A stretch of 64,000 nt of DNA from Longimicrobiales bacterium (GCA_965248195.1 CBDFIQ010000002.1:800001-864000); one strand, 5' to 3'. Positions 9,962 to 20,422 are shown, counted from the stretch's first letter. Notes: generated by a model not told the origin, from the letters alone. Made by a program: numbers and translations.

Positions 9962-10390
9962 ATGCGTAATCAAGAGGACCCCCCGTACATCGTCGTCGAG
10001 CGGGATAGCGGTGGGAGTTTCGGATCGTTCTGCCTCGGCGCGTTGGTCGGGGCCGGGCTGGCTCTGCTCTTCGCACCCCAAACCGGTGAAGAGACACAGG
10101 AGGAGATACGGGCACGTGCCCAGAAGCTCCGCGCTGCCGCCGAGGAGCGCATGCGTGAGGCCCAACTGACCCTAGAGGATCGGTTCGAGAACGTTCGCGA
10201 GGGCGTGGAGTCCCGCGTTGAGTTGGTGCGCGACGCCGTGGAATCGGGACGTGCGGCGGCCGAGGTGGCTCGTACGGATCTCGAAGCCAAACTCGAGCGC
10301 TCAAAGGCCGCCGCCAAGGCGGGGATCGCTGCGGCGCGGGAGTCGGCTGTAGACGGGAAGTCGTCCCAGGAGGAAGACGTCGGCGAATAG
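9962..10390 (+). CDS. YtxH domain-containing protein
   Basis: GALVGAGLALLFAPQTGEETQ followed by a helical charged region. Confidence 0.8.
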   Translation: MRNQEDPPYIVVERDSGGSFGSFCLGALVGAGLALLFAPQTGEETQEEIRARAQKLRAAAEERMREAQLTLEDRFENVREGVESRVELVRDAVESGRAAAEVARTDLEAKLERSKAAAKAGIAAARESAVDGKSSQEEDVGE

Positions 10391-10409
10391 TGACCGAGTC
10401 GGCCCGCTC

Positions 10410-11333
10410 GTGAGCGCCGGCCCTGGAGCGTCCCCTCTCAGTTCACGTCGTGCCCGCCTCAGGGATTTCTGGTCCCTCGTGTACCAGAAGTCCACCGAGG
10501 ACAACATTTTCTTCATGGCGGGGGCGATCAGTTACAACCTCCTGATTGCCGTCGTACCTCTTTTCCTCTTGGCGGTTGGCCTGTGGGGTTACGTCCTTCG
10601 TGCCCGGTACGGCGAGCCCTCCGAAGCCATTGTCGGCTTGCTGGAGAACTACATTCCGGCGATGGGAGGCGACATCGACCTCCTCGCCGAGATCGAGTCG
10701 GGGATCAACGGGCTGGTGGCCAGCCGCGCCGGATACTCGATCGTTGGATCCCTCCTGTTCATTTGGCTCTCGACCAGACTCGTGAGTACGCTCCGAATCG
10801 CCTTACGCGAGGTGTTCGACATCGAGGGCGACCGTGGTGTGCTTCGAGGTAAGATCTTCGACCTACAGGTGGTTGTGCTCGGGGGCGTGCTGCTGCTCTT
10901 GAACGTGGTCATCACGGTCGTCCTCCAGTCGTTAGGCGGCTGGGGCACCGAGCTATTGGGCATTCCGGAGGACTTTCTCGGATCCACCCAGCGGGCGCTG
11001 GCCACGCTGCTCGCGTTCACGTCGACCTGGGCGTTGTTCGCACTCATTTATTTGTACGTTCCCGCACGGAGGATCAGTTGGCGCACGGCATGGGTGGCTG
11101 CGACGGTCATGGCGGTATCGTACGAGTTGATGAAATGGGGATTCGGGTGGTACGTCACGTCCGTAGCCGATTACCGCTCCGCATACGGGAATCTCGCCAC
11201 CATAGTCGTGCTCTTGTTCTGGATCTATTACGGGTCGGTAGTGTTTGTCCTCAGCGGAGAAATTGCCCAGGTTTACACCATGCGAAAAGCGCGAAGGGTG
11301 CAGAGTCGGCCTGCCTTTGGGGGCTCGGCGTAA
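10410..11333 (+). CDS. YihY/BrkB family inner membrane protein
   Basis: MAGAISYN, YRSAYG and LLFWIYY motifs; about 6 TM helices. Confidence 0.85.
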   Translation: MSAGPGASPLSSRRARLRDFWSLVYQKSTEDNIFFMAGAISYNLLIAVVPLFLLAVGLWGYVLRARYGEPSEAIVGLLENYIPAMGGDIDLLAEIESGINGLVASRAGYSIVGSLLFIWLSTRLVSTLRIALREVFDIEGDRGVLRGKIFDLQVVVLGGVLLLLNVVITVVLQSLGGWGTELLGIPEDFLGSTQRALATLLAFTSTWALFALIYLYVPARRISWRTAWVAATVMAVSYELMKWGFGWYVTSVADYRSAYGNLATIVVLLFWIYYGSVVFVLSGEIAQVYTMRKARRVQSRPAFGGSA

Positions 11334-11346
11334 AGCTGGAAAACTG

Positions 11347-11826
11347 TTGAGCGACCAGAGTGGTAGCGGCGAGAACGGCCGCAAGGTGGTGGGGCGGAAT
11401 CGGAAAGCTCGGCACGAATATGAGATCCTGGATACTCATGAGGCTGGAATCGTGCTCAAGGGACCTGAGGTGAAGTCGCTTCGGGCGGGGCATTTGGCCT
11501 TCCGCGATGCCTTCGCCCGTGTGGAGAACGGAGAGGCCTGGCTCTACAACCTCCACATTTCGCCCTATGAACAGGCGAACCGGGCCAACCAGGACCCTGA
11601 TCGTGCACGGAAGCTACTCCTGCATCGCGAGGAGATTCGCCGTTTGGTGAGAAAGACCGAAGAGAAGGGACTCACCCTGATCCCCCTCGAGATCTATTTC
11701 CGGAAGGGGAACGCGAAGGTGCTTCTTGGGGTGGCGAGGGGACGCCGTCTGTACGACAAGCGCCAAAAGCTGAAGAAGCAGACTCAGGATAGGGAGGCCA
11801 AGCGCGCCATGAGCAAGCACCGATGA
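11347..11826 (+). CDS. smpB: SsrA-binding protein
   Basis: NRKARHEY, EAGIVLKGPEVKSLR, RKLLLH, YDKR. Start position approximate. Confidence 0.95.
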   Translation: MSDQSGSGENGRKVVGRNRKARHEYEILDTHEAGIVLKGPEVKSLRAGHLAFRDAFARVENGEAWLYNLHISPYEQANRANQDPDRARKLLLHREEIRRLVRKTEEKGLTLIPLEIYFRKGNAKVLLGVARGRRLYDKRQKLKKQTQDREAKRAMSKHR

Positions 11827-13208
11827 TCAGGTTATCGAGCGTTCTCGGCATCCTGGCCTCGTCGGCGATGGTCCTCGGCGGGCCCGCTCGCGGTTCCGCT
11901 CAAACGGAGAATTTCCTCGTCGTACGCGGCCCGGATGACTCTTCTCTCTCGTTGACCATCAGACGGTCTCGCGGATACGCGACCGTGCCTCATGAGGCTC
12001 TGCGTCAGCTGGGTTGGGCGGTCGAGGTGGATGCACCACGGCTCCGTGCCCAGCTCGGTGCCGGCGGGCCTGTCGTGGAGTTTTCGTTGGACAACCCGCT
12101 CTTCCACTGGGACGACGAGCTGCTCCAACTAGTGAGCGCGCCGTTTTCGGGTGACGGTTCCATTCAGATTCCACTCCAGTTCGTGGTCGACTTCCTTCCG
12201 GCTTGGGCGAGCGAGGCGTATGCGTTCTCGCCGGGCGAGAGAACACTCGAAGTCCTCGATGCATCCCTATGGCCCCAAGGCGGGACCGATCGGTCGGCGC
12301 AGAGAGAGCGCAAAGGAATCCCGTCCCGAAGCCGTGTCGCCAACCCGGACGACACGCGTAGGGACGACCGCCTCCGGGACCGAACGCTCGGGGGTGACCC
12401 CTCCAGAGATGAACCCGCTTCAACGGAAGATCCGTCCGCACCGGCGTCACAGCAGAATTTGGAAGAAGCACAGAACGCTGAAAAACGCGTAATCGTGATC
12501 GATCCGGGCCACGGGGGTAATGACCCGGGCACGACGGGCAGTGGTGGCCGCCGCGAAAAGGACATCGCGCTGGCCATCGGGCGTTATTTGGAGAGGGAAT
12601 TGAGGGGGGATGACGACCTCGAGGTATACCTGACCCGCGACCGGGATGTGCTCGTTCCGCTCTGGGAGAGGGGTCCACAGGCCACGCTCCTGAAGGGAGC
12701 GCGCTTCGGCATCTTCATATCCCTTCACGTGAACTCTTCCCCGAGTCCCGCGATACGCGGGTTCGAGACGTATTATCTGGACCTGGCTCGCACCGAGCAC
12801 GAGGAAAGGGTGGCGGCGCTCGAGAACGCTCCCCTCCAACTCGAGACGGAGTTGGGCGGTGGTGAGGTGGAAGTTGTGGATGTGACTTCGATCCTGAGGG
12901 GGCTCCAAAACGACGAGTACCAGCGTTGGTCGTCCACTCTCGCCGAGGGGATCCAAGCGGAGCTGGAGGACGTGCACCCCAGCCCAAACCGCGGTGTAAA
13001 ACAGGGACCGTTCGCGGTGATTACCAACGCGCTCATGCCGGCGGTATTGGTGGAGGTCGGATTCATCACCAACCGTGAGGAAGAACGCGTCCTTTCCCGC
13101 GTGGAGTTTCAGCGCGGCGTCGCCGCGGCTCTCGCGCAGGCGATCCGGGATTTCTTCTTACGGTACCCCCCGGGGCAGGGGGTGGCGGCTCAGGGCTCCC
13201 CACGGTGA
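11823..13208 (+). CDS. N-acetylmuramoyl-L-alanine amidase (Amidase_3), secreted
   Basis: Signal peptide; IDPGHGG, EKD, ISLHVN, PAVLVEVGF. Confidence 0.9.
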   Translation: MIRLSSVLGILASSAMVLGGPARGSAQTENFLVVRGPDDSSLSLTIRRSRGYATVPHEALRQLGWAVEVDAPRLRAQLGAGGPVVEFSLDNPLFHWDDELLQLVSAPFSGDGSIQIPLQFVVDFLPAWASEAYAFSPGERTLEVLDASLWPQGGTDRSAQRERKGIPSRSRVANPDDTRRDDRLRDRTLGGDPSRDEPASTEDPSAPASQQNLEEAQNAEKRVIVIDPGHGGNDPGTTGSGGRREKDIALAIGRYLERELRGDDDLEVYLTRDRDVLVPLWERGPQATLLKGARFGIFISLHVNSSPSPAIRGFETYYLDLARTEHEERVAALENAPLQLETELGGGEVEVVDVTSILRGLQNDEYQRWSSTLAEGIQAELEDVHPSPNRGVKQGPFAVITNALMPAVLVEVGFITNREEERVLSRVEFQRGVAAALAQAIRDFFLRYPPGQGVAAQGSPR

Positions 13209-14602
13209 GAACCTCGATGCACGTCGTCGCCCTTGCGGCGGTGGGATCGGGAGTATTTGCGGGTTGCCTCTTCAACAACACGCTCTATAACGCGGGGAGT
13301 TTGTACCAAGAGGCGGAGAACTTGCGCTTGGCTGATCAGGACTCCGCATCTACAGACCTTTACCGCGAGGTCGTCGCCAAGGCCACCAAGGAGTACGAGG
13401 CCGACGAGGATAGTGGATGGGCCGATGATGCCCTCCTCCTCATTGCCAAGGCCCAGCTTCGCTTGGGAGCCACTTCGGAAGCAACTCGTGCCGTAGAGCG
13501 GGCACTCGAAATCAGTACCAGTCCCCACGTGAGAGCGCAGGCCGCCCTGTACCGCGGTGCCCTTGCTGTGGCGGTTGGAGAGACGGTCCGAGGGCTTGCG
13601 CTTCTCGACGGTGCGCTCGAGAGCATCGATGACCCGAGCCACCGAGCGGAGGGCCATCTCTGGCGGGCTCGTGCAATGTTCGAGCGGGGGATGGTGGAGC
13701 AGGGATGGCGCGATCTGGACCGCGCGAGAGCGGTCCATGACGGCCACGCGGTGCCAGTCGGCCTCGAGCGGGTGGCGTGGGGATTCGCTCTGCCGGATCT
13801 AACCCGTATCCATCAGGGCATCCAGGCGCTGATCTTCACGAGTCGGGCCCAAGCATACGGCGACTCCATCGGTTCGCTGGTTCGACGGTTCGCGGAGCGA
13901 TGGGGCCCGGGAAGTGCCGTGATCCTCTTGGACAACGCCGAAGACGCCCATTGGTCCCGAGATGAGCGGGACCGCTTGTTGATGACACGCGCCTGGCTCG
14001 CCTACGAGGCGGGCGATCTGACCCGCGCCAGGAAGGACGCGCGTTTGGTCGGGTCGGGCGTGGGGGAGCAGGCCTCAGGCGCAAGGGTGACGCTGGCGAG
14101 GTGGCGCCTGGCCGAGGCGGAGCGGGTGGACGACTTCCGGTCGCTCCGGTCCATTCTTTTCCCGGCGGTGTCGTCCAAAGAGGCCCAAAACATACTGAAC
14201 GCGATCCGCCGGGTGGAGCTCCTCACGAAGTATGGACACGAGGGTGAGCCCATCGCGCTGATCGGCGCTGCGGAGATCTCCCGAGACCTGCTGGTCGCTC
14301 CACGGCTTTCTGCGGCGCTCTTTCTGGCCTATCTGGCAGCGGCGCCCGATGCTCCGTGGTCGGGGAAGGCGCTCCTCGCGGCCAGGGACCTGACGACCGA
14401 ACGGGCTCAGCGGGAGTGGCTGAACGAGCGGCTCGATGCTATCCCCGGGGATGCTTATGTGCGCTACGCTCGCAAGGGTCATTTCGGACCTGAATTAGGG
14501 GAGCTGGAGGCCCAGCTTCAGAGGACGCTCGACCCACTCATAGAGCGGGTCGATGAGGAGCTGGCGGCCCGGCGGCAACTCGCGGGCGTGCCGAAAGAGT
14601 GA
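13205..14602 (+). CDS. TPR-like lipoprotein of unknown function
   Basis: Lipobox FAGC, helical repeat pattern, coupled to neighbouring genes. Confidence 0.6.
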   Translation: MRTSMHVVALAAVGSGVFAGCLFNNTLYNAGSLYQEAENLRLADQDSASTDLYREVVAKATKEYEADEDSGWADDALLLIAKAQLRLGATSEATRAVERALEISTSPHVRAQAALYRGALAVAVGETVRGLALLDGALESIDDPSHRAEGHLWRARAMFERGMVEQGWRDLDRARAVHDGHAVPVGLERVAWGFALPDLTRIHQGIQALIFTSRAQAYGDSIGSLVRRFAERWGPGSAVILLDNAEDAHWSRDERDRLLMTRAWLAYEAGDLTRARKDARLVGSGVGEQASGARVTLARWRLAEAERVDDFRSLRSILFPAVSSKEAQNILNAIRRVELLTKYGHEGEPIALIGAAEISRDLLVAPRLSAALFLAYLAAAPDAPWSGKALLAARDLTTERAQREWLNERLDAIPGDAYVRYARKGHFGPELGELEAQLQRTLDPLIERVDEELAARRQLAGVPKE

Positions 14603-15573
14603 CAGTGATCGAATCGACAATGCGACTGAGCCAGACCCTGTTCGGAGCGACCTTTCACAACCCTGTCCTTCTGGCCGCCGGAACCTGCGGATTCGGCGAG
14701 GAACTCGAGGATGCTCTCGATCTCTCGTCCCTGGGCGGCATCGTGACGAAGTCGGTGACTCTGGAGCCTCGGGTGGGTAATCCGGCACCGCGCCTCGTGG
14801 AGTCCGGAAACGCCATGCTGAACTCGGTCGGTCTGGCGAACCCCGGCTTGGAACGCGTGTGCTCGGAGAGGCTCCCCTGGATAAGAGAGCACCTCTCAGG
14901 TATCCAGGTGTTCGTGAGCGTGGCCGGCCACACACCGGACGAGTATTGGCGCATCGTAGAGGAACTGGAGTCGGTCGGCGGTTTCCTGGGGTACGAGCTG
15001 AACCTTTCCTGTCCCAACGACACTCGCCTCGGTGGGCTTCCCTTCGCCCTGGATCCCGAGGCTCTCCGGGGCGTCGTCGAGGGTGCCAAGAGGCTGACCG
15101 ATCGGCCGCTTCTGGTGAAGCTCGCTCCAAACGTTCCGGACATCGGGCCCGTTGCCGAAGCAGCGAAGGAGGCGGGTGCGGACGGACTCACCCTCGTGAA
15201 CACGATGCCGGGCTTGGTCATCGACATCGAGTCGCGCAGCCCCGCCCTCGGCGCAGGCTCGGGCGGCTTGTCCGGACCGGCGTTGCGGGCCGTAGGCGTG
15301 CACGCCGTACATCGGGCCCGGGCGTGCACGTCCATTCCTCTCCTCGGAGTTGGTGGAATCACGGAGGTCGGGGATGCGCTTCAGTATCTTTTGGCGGGCG
15401 CCTCTCTTGTTCAGGTCGGTACCGCCACCTTCGCTGATCCGAGGACCGCGCAGAGGGTAGGAAAGGGGATCGCCAGGTACGGGGAGAAGATGGGACTCGA
15501 GAACATTCAGGACTTGATCGGAGCGTACCGTGGAGCGGATCGCCCCTTGAGCGTCTCTGGAGGGCCAGGCTGA
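14599..15573 (+). CDS. pyrD: Dihydroorotate dehydrogenase (family 1 catalytic subunit)
   Basis: MLNSVGLANPG, ELNLSCPN, VKLAPN, GGLSG. Confidence 0.92.
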   Translation: MTVIESTMRLSQTLFGATFHNPVLLAAGTCGFGEELEDALDLSSLGGIVTKSVTLEPRVGNPAPRLVESGNAMLNSVGLANPGLERVCSERLPWIREHLSGIQVFVSVAGHTPDEYWRIVEELESVGGFLGYELNLSCPNDTRLGGLPFALDPEALRGVVEGAKRLTDRPLLVKLAPNVPDIGPVAEAAKEAGADGLTLVNTMPGLVIDIESRSPALGAGSGGLSGPALRAVGVHAVHRARACTSIPLLGVGGITEVGDALQYLLAGASLVQVGTATFADPRTAQRVGKGIARYGEKMGLENIQDLIGAYRGADRPLSVSGGPG

Positions 15574-15574
15574 C

Positions 15575-16282
15575 ATGGCTCGGGTGATCGTCGCACTCGA
15601 CGTTCCGAGGCTGGACGAGGCCATGGGCCTAGTGGATTCCCTCGGCGAAGGGACCGATTTCTATAAGGTCGGACTCGAGCTCTTCACCCGAGAGGGCCCG
15701 TCTGTGGTCCAAGCGCTCGCGAGCAGGGACAAGCGTATCTTCCTCGACCTCAAGCTGCACGATATTCCCAATACCGTGGCGCGGGCGGTTGGCCGTGCCC
15801 GCGAGCTCGAGGTCGATTTCTTGACCCTGCATGCGACGGGGGGACGCCCCATGATGGAGGCGGCGGCCGAGGCAGCCGGAGACGACCTTACGCTTCTTGG
15901 CGTCACGGTGCTGACGTCGATGACGGCGTCCGACCTGGAAGACTCCTGGGGCCGTGAGGTGGACTCGCTCGAGGAGGAGGTCGTGCGCCTGGCCCGGTTG
16001 GCGCGGGCGTCCGGGGTTGGAGGCGTGGTGGCGTCCGTACGAGAGGCGGCTCCGATCAAGGACGTCTTGGGATCCGATCTCGTGGTGGTCACGCCGGGGA
16101 TTCGCCTCGCTGGGGACGATGTGCACGACCAGGCCCGTGTCTCCACGCCAGCCGAGGCGGTGGCGGCCGGCGCCGACTACCTGGTGATTGGGCGTTCCGT
16201 AACGGAGGCGTCGGATCCGGCGCAGGCGCTCCAGAGGGTCTGCGAAGAGGCGTCCGGTCCCAGCGCGGTTCCGACGGCATGA
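15575..16282 (+). CDS. pyrF: Orotidine-5'-phosphate decarboxylase
   Basis: IVALD, FLDLKLHDIPNTV, TPGIR, VIGRS. Confidence 0.95.
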   Translation: MARVIVALDVPRLDEAMGLVDSLGEGTDFYKVGLELFTREGPSVVQALASRDKRIFLDLKLHDIPNTVARAVGRARELEVDFLTLHATGGRPMMEAAAEAAGDDLTLLGVTVLTSMTASDLEDSWGREVDSLEEEVVRLARLARASGVGGVVASVREAAPIKDVLGSDLVVVTPGIRLAGDDVHDQARVSTPAEAVAAGADYLVIGRSVTEASDPAQALQRVCEEASGPSAVPTA

Positions 16283-16731
16283 GAGTGGGGCGAAGGCTGG
16301 TCCTGGGGATGGTCGCCGTTGCTGTCGGGGTCGGCGTGCCCGCCGCCTGCATCGGACAGGATCTCGAACAGGCTGCCGCCGCATTTGCGGCGCAGTGGTC
16401 CGCCGGCGACCTGTCTAGGCTCCAGAACCGATTCTCCCAAAACGGAGTGCGCATTCAATGGGAGGCGCGACCTCTCGGTGCCCTCTCTCCGCAGCGCGCG
16501 GGAGCCTCCATCCGGGAGTACCTGGAAAACCGTGAGGCCGCGTCGGCGCGTGTGTCGCGGACGGGGGAGGTGGGTGGTGAGCCCCCGCGGGGATTTGCCG
16601 AAATCCGGTGGGAGTCGAGGATCCGGGGGATGTCCGAGATGGTCACCCGCACCGTATTCGTGGCCTTCGTTTACGAGGATGGCGCTTGGCGGGTGGCCGA
16701 GCTCCGGGTTCTTCCGCAGACGCGGCTTTGA
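16279..16731 (+). CDS. Secreted hypothetical protein (NTF2-like fold plausible)
   Basis: Signal peptide; ATGA overlap with pyrF. Confidence 0.55.
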   Translation: MRVGRRLVLGMVAVAVGVGVPAACIGQDLEQAAAAFAAQWSAGDLSRLQNRFSQNGVRIQWEARPLGALSPQRAGASIREYLENREAASARVSRTGEVGGEPPRGFAEIRWESRIRGMSEMVTRTVFVAFVYEDGAWRVAELRVLPQTRL

Positions 16732-16782
16732 CGTCGTCCCATCCGATCTGGTGGCGGGACGAGGAGCCCGGGCCAGACCACG

Positions 16783-16825
16783 CCCAATCTGACCAACGCT
16801 GACCCAATCTGACCAACGCTGACCC
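16783..16825. repeat. Tandem 20-bp direct repeat CCCAATCTGACCAACGCTGA x2 upstream of cysS
   Basis: Exact copies at 16783-16802 and 16803-16822. Confidence 0.9.
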
Positions 16826-16835
16826 TCGTGACCCC

Positions 16836-18287
16836 ATGTCCCTGAAACTCTACGACACCCTGACCCGCTCGGTGAGGGATTTCGAGCCGGCCGATCCGCC
16901 CAGGGTCCGGCTCTACGCCTGCGGCCCCACCGTTTACGACCACGCACACATCGGCAACTACCGGGCCTTTCTGGTCTACGATCTGCTCCACCGCTACCTG
17001 CGGTGGTCCGGCTACGACGTGGACTTCGTCATGAACCTCACGGATGTGGACGACAAGACCATCGATCGGGCGTCCGAAGCGGGAAAGGACGTGCGGGAGT
17101 ACACGGCTCCGTTCACCGAGGACATCCTGGCGGACGCGCGAGCCCTCGGGATCCTTCCGGCTCGTAGCTATCCACTTGCCACCCGGTACGTGCCCCAGAT
17201 GGTGTCGTGGGTCGAGCGACTGGAGGAGAAGGGACTCGCCTATGCAGCGGAGGATGGGTGCGTCTATTTCTCGATCGGTGCGTTTCCCGCCTATGGCCGC
17301 CTCAAGGGCCTGGACCCCGAAGCCACACGCCCGGGTGCCCGCGTGAAGGACGACGAGTACGAGAAGGAAAACGTCCGCGACTTCGCGCTCTGGAAGGCGG
17401 CCAAGCCCACGGACGAGGCGGTGGGCGCCGCCTGGGATTCGCCGTGGGGGAGAGGACGGCCCGGCTGGCATTTGGAGTGCTCGGTCATGAGCATCGCCGA
17501 GCTCGGAGAGACGCTGGACATCCATATGGGCGGCGAAGACCTCGTCTTTCCCCATCACGAAAATGAGATCGCCCAGTCCGAGGGGGTCACCGGTAAGACC
17601 TTCGTGCGCCATTGGGTACACGTAAAGCATCTGGTGGTCGAGGGCGAGAAGATGTCCAAGTCGCTCGGGAACACCATTACCGTTCACCAACTGCTCGAGG
17701 AGGGGCTGGGGCCGGCCGCTATCCGTCATCAGCTGCTCGGCGCCCAGTACCGGCGGGAACTGAACTTCACACGCGACGGCCTCGCGGCTTCCGCCGCGGC
17801 TGTCCAGCGGCTTCTGGACTTCGAGGCGCGCTTGGCCGAGGCAGTCGGGGTGGACGGAGTGGACGTGAAGGATGGAGCCGGCGAGGGACGGCTGACCCGT
17901 CTGGCCGGTGAAGCCATGGGTACGTTTCGTGCCGCGCTCGAAGACGACCTCAACTCAGCCGAGGCCCTCGCCGCCTTGTTCGTCTTCGTGAATCGCGTGA
18001 ACGGCGAGTTGGATGCCGCTGCAGACGTCGCCGAGTCCGAGTTGGAGGCTGCGCGAGGGGCGCTCGCCTCGATGGATGAGGTGATGGGGCTTCTTAGCGT
18101 GGCACGTGAGGACCTCGAGGTGGATGACGACTTCGCGTCCGAGATCGTGTCACTCATCGCCGAGCGCACAGCCGCTCGGGAGGGCAGGGACTTCGCGCGT
18201 GCGGATGCCATCCGGGACGAGCTGGGCGAACGCGGCATCGTGCTCGAGGATTCCGCAGACGGCACGCGCTGGAAGCGGATGAGGTGA
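16836..18287 (+). CDS. cysS: Cysteine--tRNA ligase
   Basis: CGPTVY, HIGN, GRPGWHLEC, HHENE, KMSKS. Confidence 0.97.
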   Translation: MSLKLYDTLTRSVRDFEPADPPRVRLYACGPTVYDHAHIGNYRAFLVYDLLHRYLRWSGYDVDFVMNLTDVDDKTIDRASEAGKDVREYTAPFTEDILADARALGILPARSYPLATRYVPQMVSWVERLEEKGLAYAAEDGCVYFSIGAFPAYGRLKGLDPEATRPGARVKDDEYEKENVRDFALWKAAKPTDEAVGAAWDSPWGRGRPGWHLECSVMSIAELGETLDIHMGGEDLVFPHHENEIAQSEGVTGKTFVRHWVHVKHLVVEGEKMSKSLGNTITVHQLLEEGLGPAAIRHQLLGAQYRRELNFTRDGLAASAAAVQRLLDFEARLAEAVGVDGVDVKDGAGEGRLTRLAGEAMGTFRAALEDDLNSAEALAALFVFVNRVNGELDAAADVAESELEAARGALASMDEVMGLLSVAREDLEVDDDFASEIVSLIAERTAAREGRDFARADAIRDELGERGIVLEDSADGTRWKRMR

Positions 18288-18427
18288 CGTGATAGACCAG
18301 ACGAGTCCCTAGGCGAGAGGGCTTCCGCTTGCGCCTCCCGGTCCGCTCTCGGATGTTTGGCCCCACAACGCGATCCCGTCTCAGCTTGGGCTCTCGCCTC
18401 TTTCCGACCTAGACAGGAGGAAACCAA

Positions 18428-18826
18428 ATGCACAGGTACGCCGTGTCAGCCGTTGCGCTGGCGATGCTCTCCGTGGCCCTGGTGGCACAGACACCGCCGG
18501 TCATCGGCGATCGGTCCTCGCCTTTACGCCCGCTCCGGGGCGAGGACAACGTGGGAATCAGCAACGCCGTCCTTCGTGATCAGCCTGAGGTTCGCGCCCT
18601 GCGAGTCGTCGTGGAACCCGGCGGCACACGCGTGATCCATGCGCACGAGGGGGTCCAGTTTCATTTGTTCGTTCCAATCTCAGGCCCTATGGAGCTAAAC
18701 CTGGACGGAGGACAGTCCGTGGATGTGCAACCGTGGCACCCCTACTTCCTCGAGGAAGGCACCCGACACGGGTTCCACAACAGCGGCACCAGAGCGGTGG
18801 AGGTCATGGAGATCTTTGTCAGGTGA
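18428..18826 (+). CDS. Secreted cupin-domain protein
   Basis: SD AGGAGG, signal peptide, HAH and HGFHN cupin motifs. Confidence 0.7.
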   Translation: MHRYAVSAVALAMLSVALVAQTPPVIGDRSSPLRPLRGEDNVGISNAVLRDQPEVRALRVVVEPGGTRVIHAHEGVQFHLFVPISGPMELNLDGGQSVDVQPWHPYFLEEGTRHGFHNSGTRAVEVMEIFVR

Positions 18827-18922
18827 GGAGATCACGCCTCGACGCACCCCTGGGAGAGTCGCTGCACCATCGAGCGTGGCGAAGCCGTATTGGAGGCACC
18901 AAGTGAGCGGACGGGCACGCGG

Positions 18923-20380
18923 ATGAACCGCCGCAAGGCCGTGCGCACGATGGGAGCCGCGGCCCTCGGTCTCGCGGCCGTGGCCCGGGATGGCGGTGCT
19001 GTGAGCAGGGCGGGACAAGAGGCCGGCGAAATCCTCATCCGGGGCGGGCGCGTCGTCAACGCGGACGCAAGCCGACTCGCCGACGTGCGCATTCTCGGGG
19101 ACACCATCGCCGAGATCGGGCCTGATCTCGCTCCCGGCTCCGGCGCCAGGATCATCGACGCGACAGGCCGGCTCGTCATCCCCGGCGGCGTTGATCCCCA
19201 CGCCCACCTGCAGGGATCCTTCGTCGACGATCTGACCAGCGGCACCGCTGCGGCGGTGGCAGGAGGTATCACGGCTGTCGGTACGTTCGCCAATCCACGC
19301 GAAGGCGAGAACGCCGTGGAAGCGCTGGATCGCTCCCTGGCAGAAGTTGCCGAGCACGCCATCGGCGACGTGTTCTTCCACGCCCGCACCTGGCCCCCGA
19401 CCCCCGAGCTCGCAGCGATGATGCCGGAGCTCGCGGCTCGTGGGCAGCCGAGCCACAAGGTCTTCATGGTCGCTCGGGACTTCGGCGCCCATCGGGCTGC
19501 GTTCATCGAGGTTCTGGAGGCTGCGCGGGACGCCGGCGTCGTCACGCTCATGCACTGTGAGGACGCGGCGATCCTGCAGGCGGCGCTTGGGCGACTGCGC
19601 GCCGAAGGGCGGACCTCACTCGAGCACTATGCCGAGAGCCGACCGGTGCTCGCCGAGGTGGCTGCGACGCAAGACGCTGTGGTGCTCTGTGAGCTGACCG
19701 GCGCACCCATGCACTTGGTTCACCTCTCGTGCGAGCGCGCACTCGACGCGGCCCGTAACGCTCACGCGGTGGGGCTTCCCCTCACGATCGAGACCCGCCC
19801 GCTCTACCTTTACTTCACCGACGAGGCGCTCCTGCGTGCGGACGGGCCGCTGTACGTGGGTCAGCCGCCGCTACGCCCGCAGAGCGACGTCCAAGCGATG
19901 TGGCGCGGCCTGGCGGACGGACGGATCACGTTCCTCGCGACGGATCACGCACCGTGGACGCGCGAGCAAAAAATGGACCCCGCGCTAGACGTAGGGCGGG
20001 TCCGCCCGGGCGTGAGCGACCTGCGCTTCATGCTGCCCGTTCTCTACTCCGAGGGGGTCCGCAAAGGGCGCATCTCCGAGGAACGTTTCGTCGAGGTCGT
20101 GTCCACTGGCGCCGCGCGCACGTTCGGCCTCTACCCCGAGCGCGGCGTCGTGCGCGAGGGCTCGCTAGCCGACCTCGTGGTCTTCGATCCACAGCTGGAG
20201 CGTACCGTGAGCGCCGCCGACGACCCCTCCCGCTCGGACTACACGCCGTTCGAGGGCTGGACCGTCACCGGGTGGCCGGTGACCACGATCCGACGGGGCG
20301 AGGTGGTCTACGAGGACGGCCGGGTTACGGGACAACCCGGGTCTGGACGGCCAGCGGAGAGGCGGCCCCGAAGCGCCTAG
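18923..20380 (+). CDS. Cyclic amidohydrolase (dihydropyrimidinase/allantoinase-like) with Tat-like leader
   Basis: PGGVDPHAH, HCED, HLVHLS, ATDHAP; N-terminus MNRRKAVR plus hydrophobic stretch. Confidence 0.8.
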   Translation: MNRRKAVRTMGAAALGLAAVARDGGAVSRAGQEAGEILIRGGRVVNADASRLADVRILGDTIAEIGPDLAPGSGARIIDATGRLVIPGGVDPHAHLQGSFVDDLTSGTAAAVAGGITAVGTFANPREGENAVEALDRSLAEVAEHAIGDVFFHARTWPPTPELAAMMPELAARGQPSHKVFMVARDFGAHRAAFIEVLEAARDAGVVTLMHCEDAAILQAALGRLRAEGRTSLEHYAESRPVLAEVAATQDAVVLCELTGAPMHLVHLSCERALDAARNAHAVGLPLTIETRPLYLYFTDEALLRADGPLYVGQPPLRPQSDVQAMWRGLADGRITFLATDHAPWTREQKMDPALDVGRVRPGVSDLRFMLPVLYSEGVRKGRISEERFVEVVSTGAARTFGLYPERGVVREGSLADLVVFDPQLERTVSAADDPSRSDYTPFEGWTVTGWPVTTIRRGEVVYEDGRVTGQPGSGRPAERRPRSA

Positions 20381-20422
20381 GGGCGGGTGGCCGCCTGTTC
20401 CATCCGTCAGCGCAGGACCGGC

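Noticed and set aside
11245..11830. tmRNA next to smpB
   Set aside because: Flanking genes abut smpB and no tRNA-like ssrA ends were seen.
18290..18420. Riboswitch upstream of the cupin gene (also considered 37900-38090 and 29480-29580)
   Set aside because: Only generic GC-rich hairpins were seen, with no recognisable aptamer consensus.
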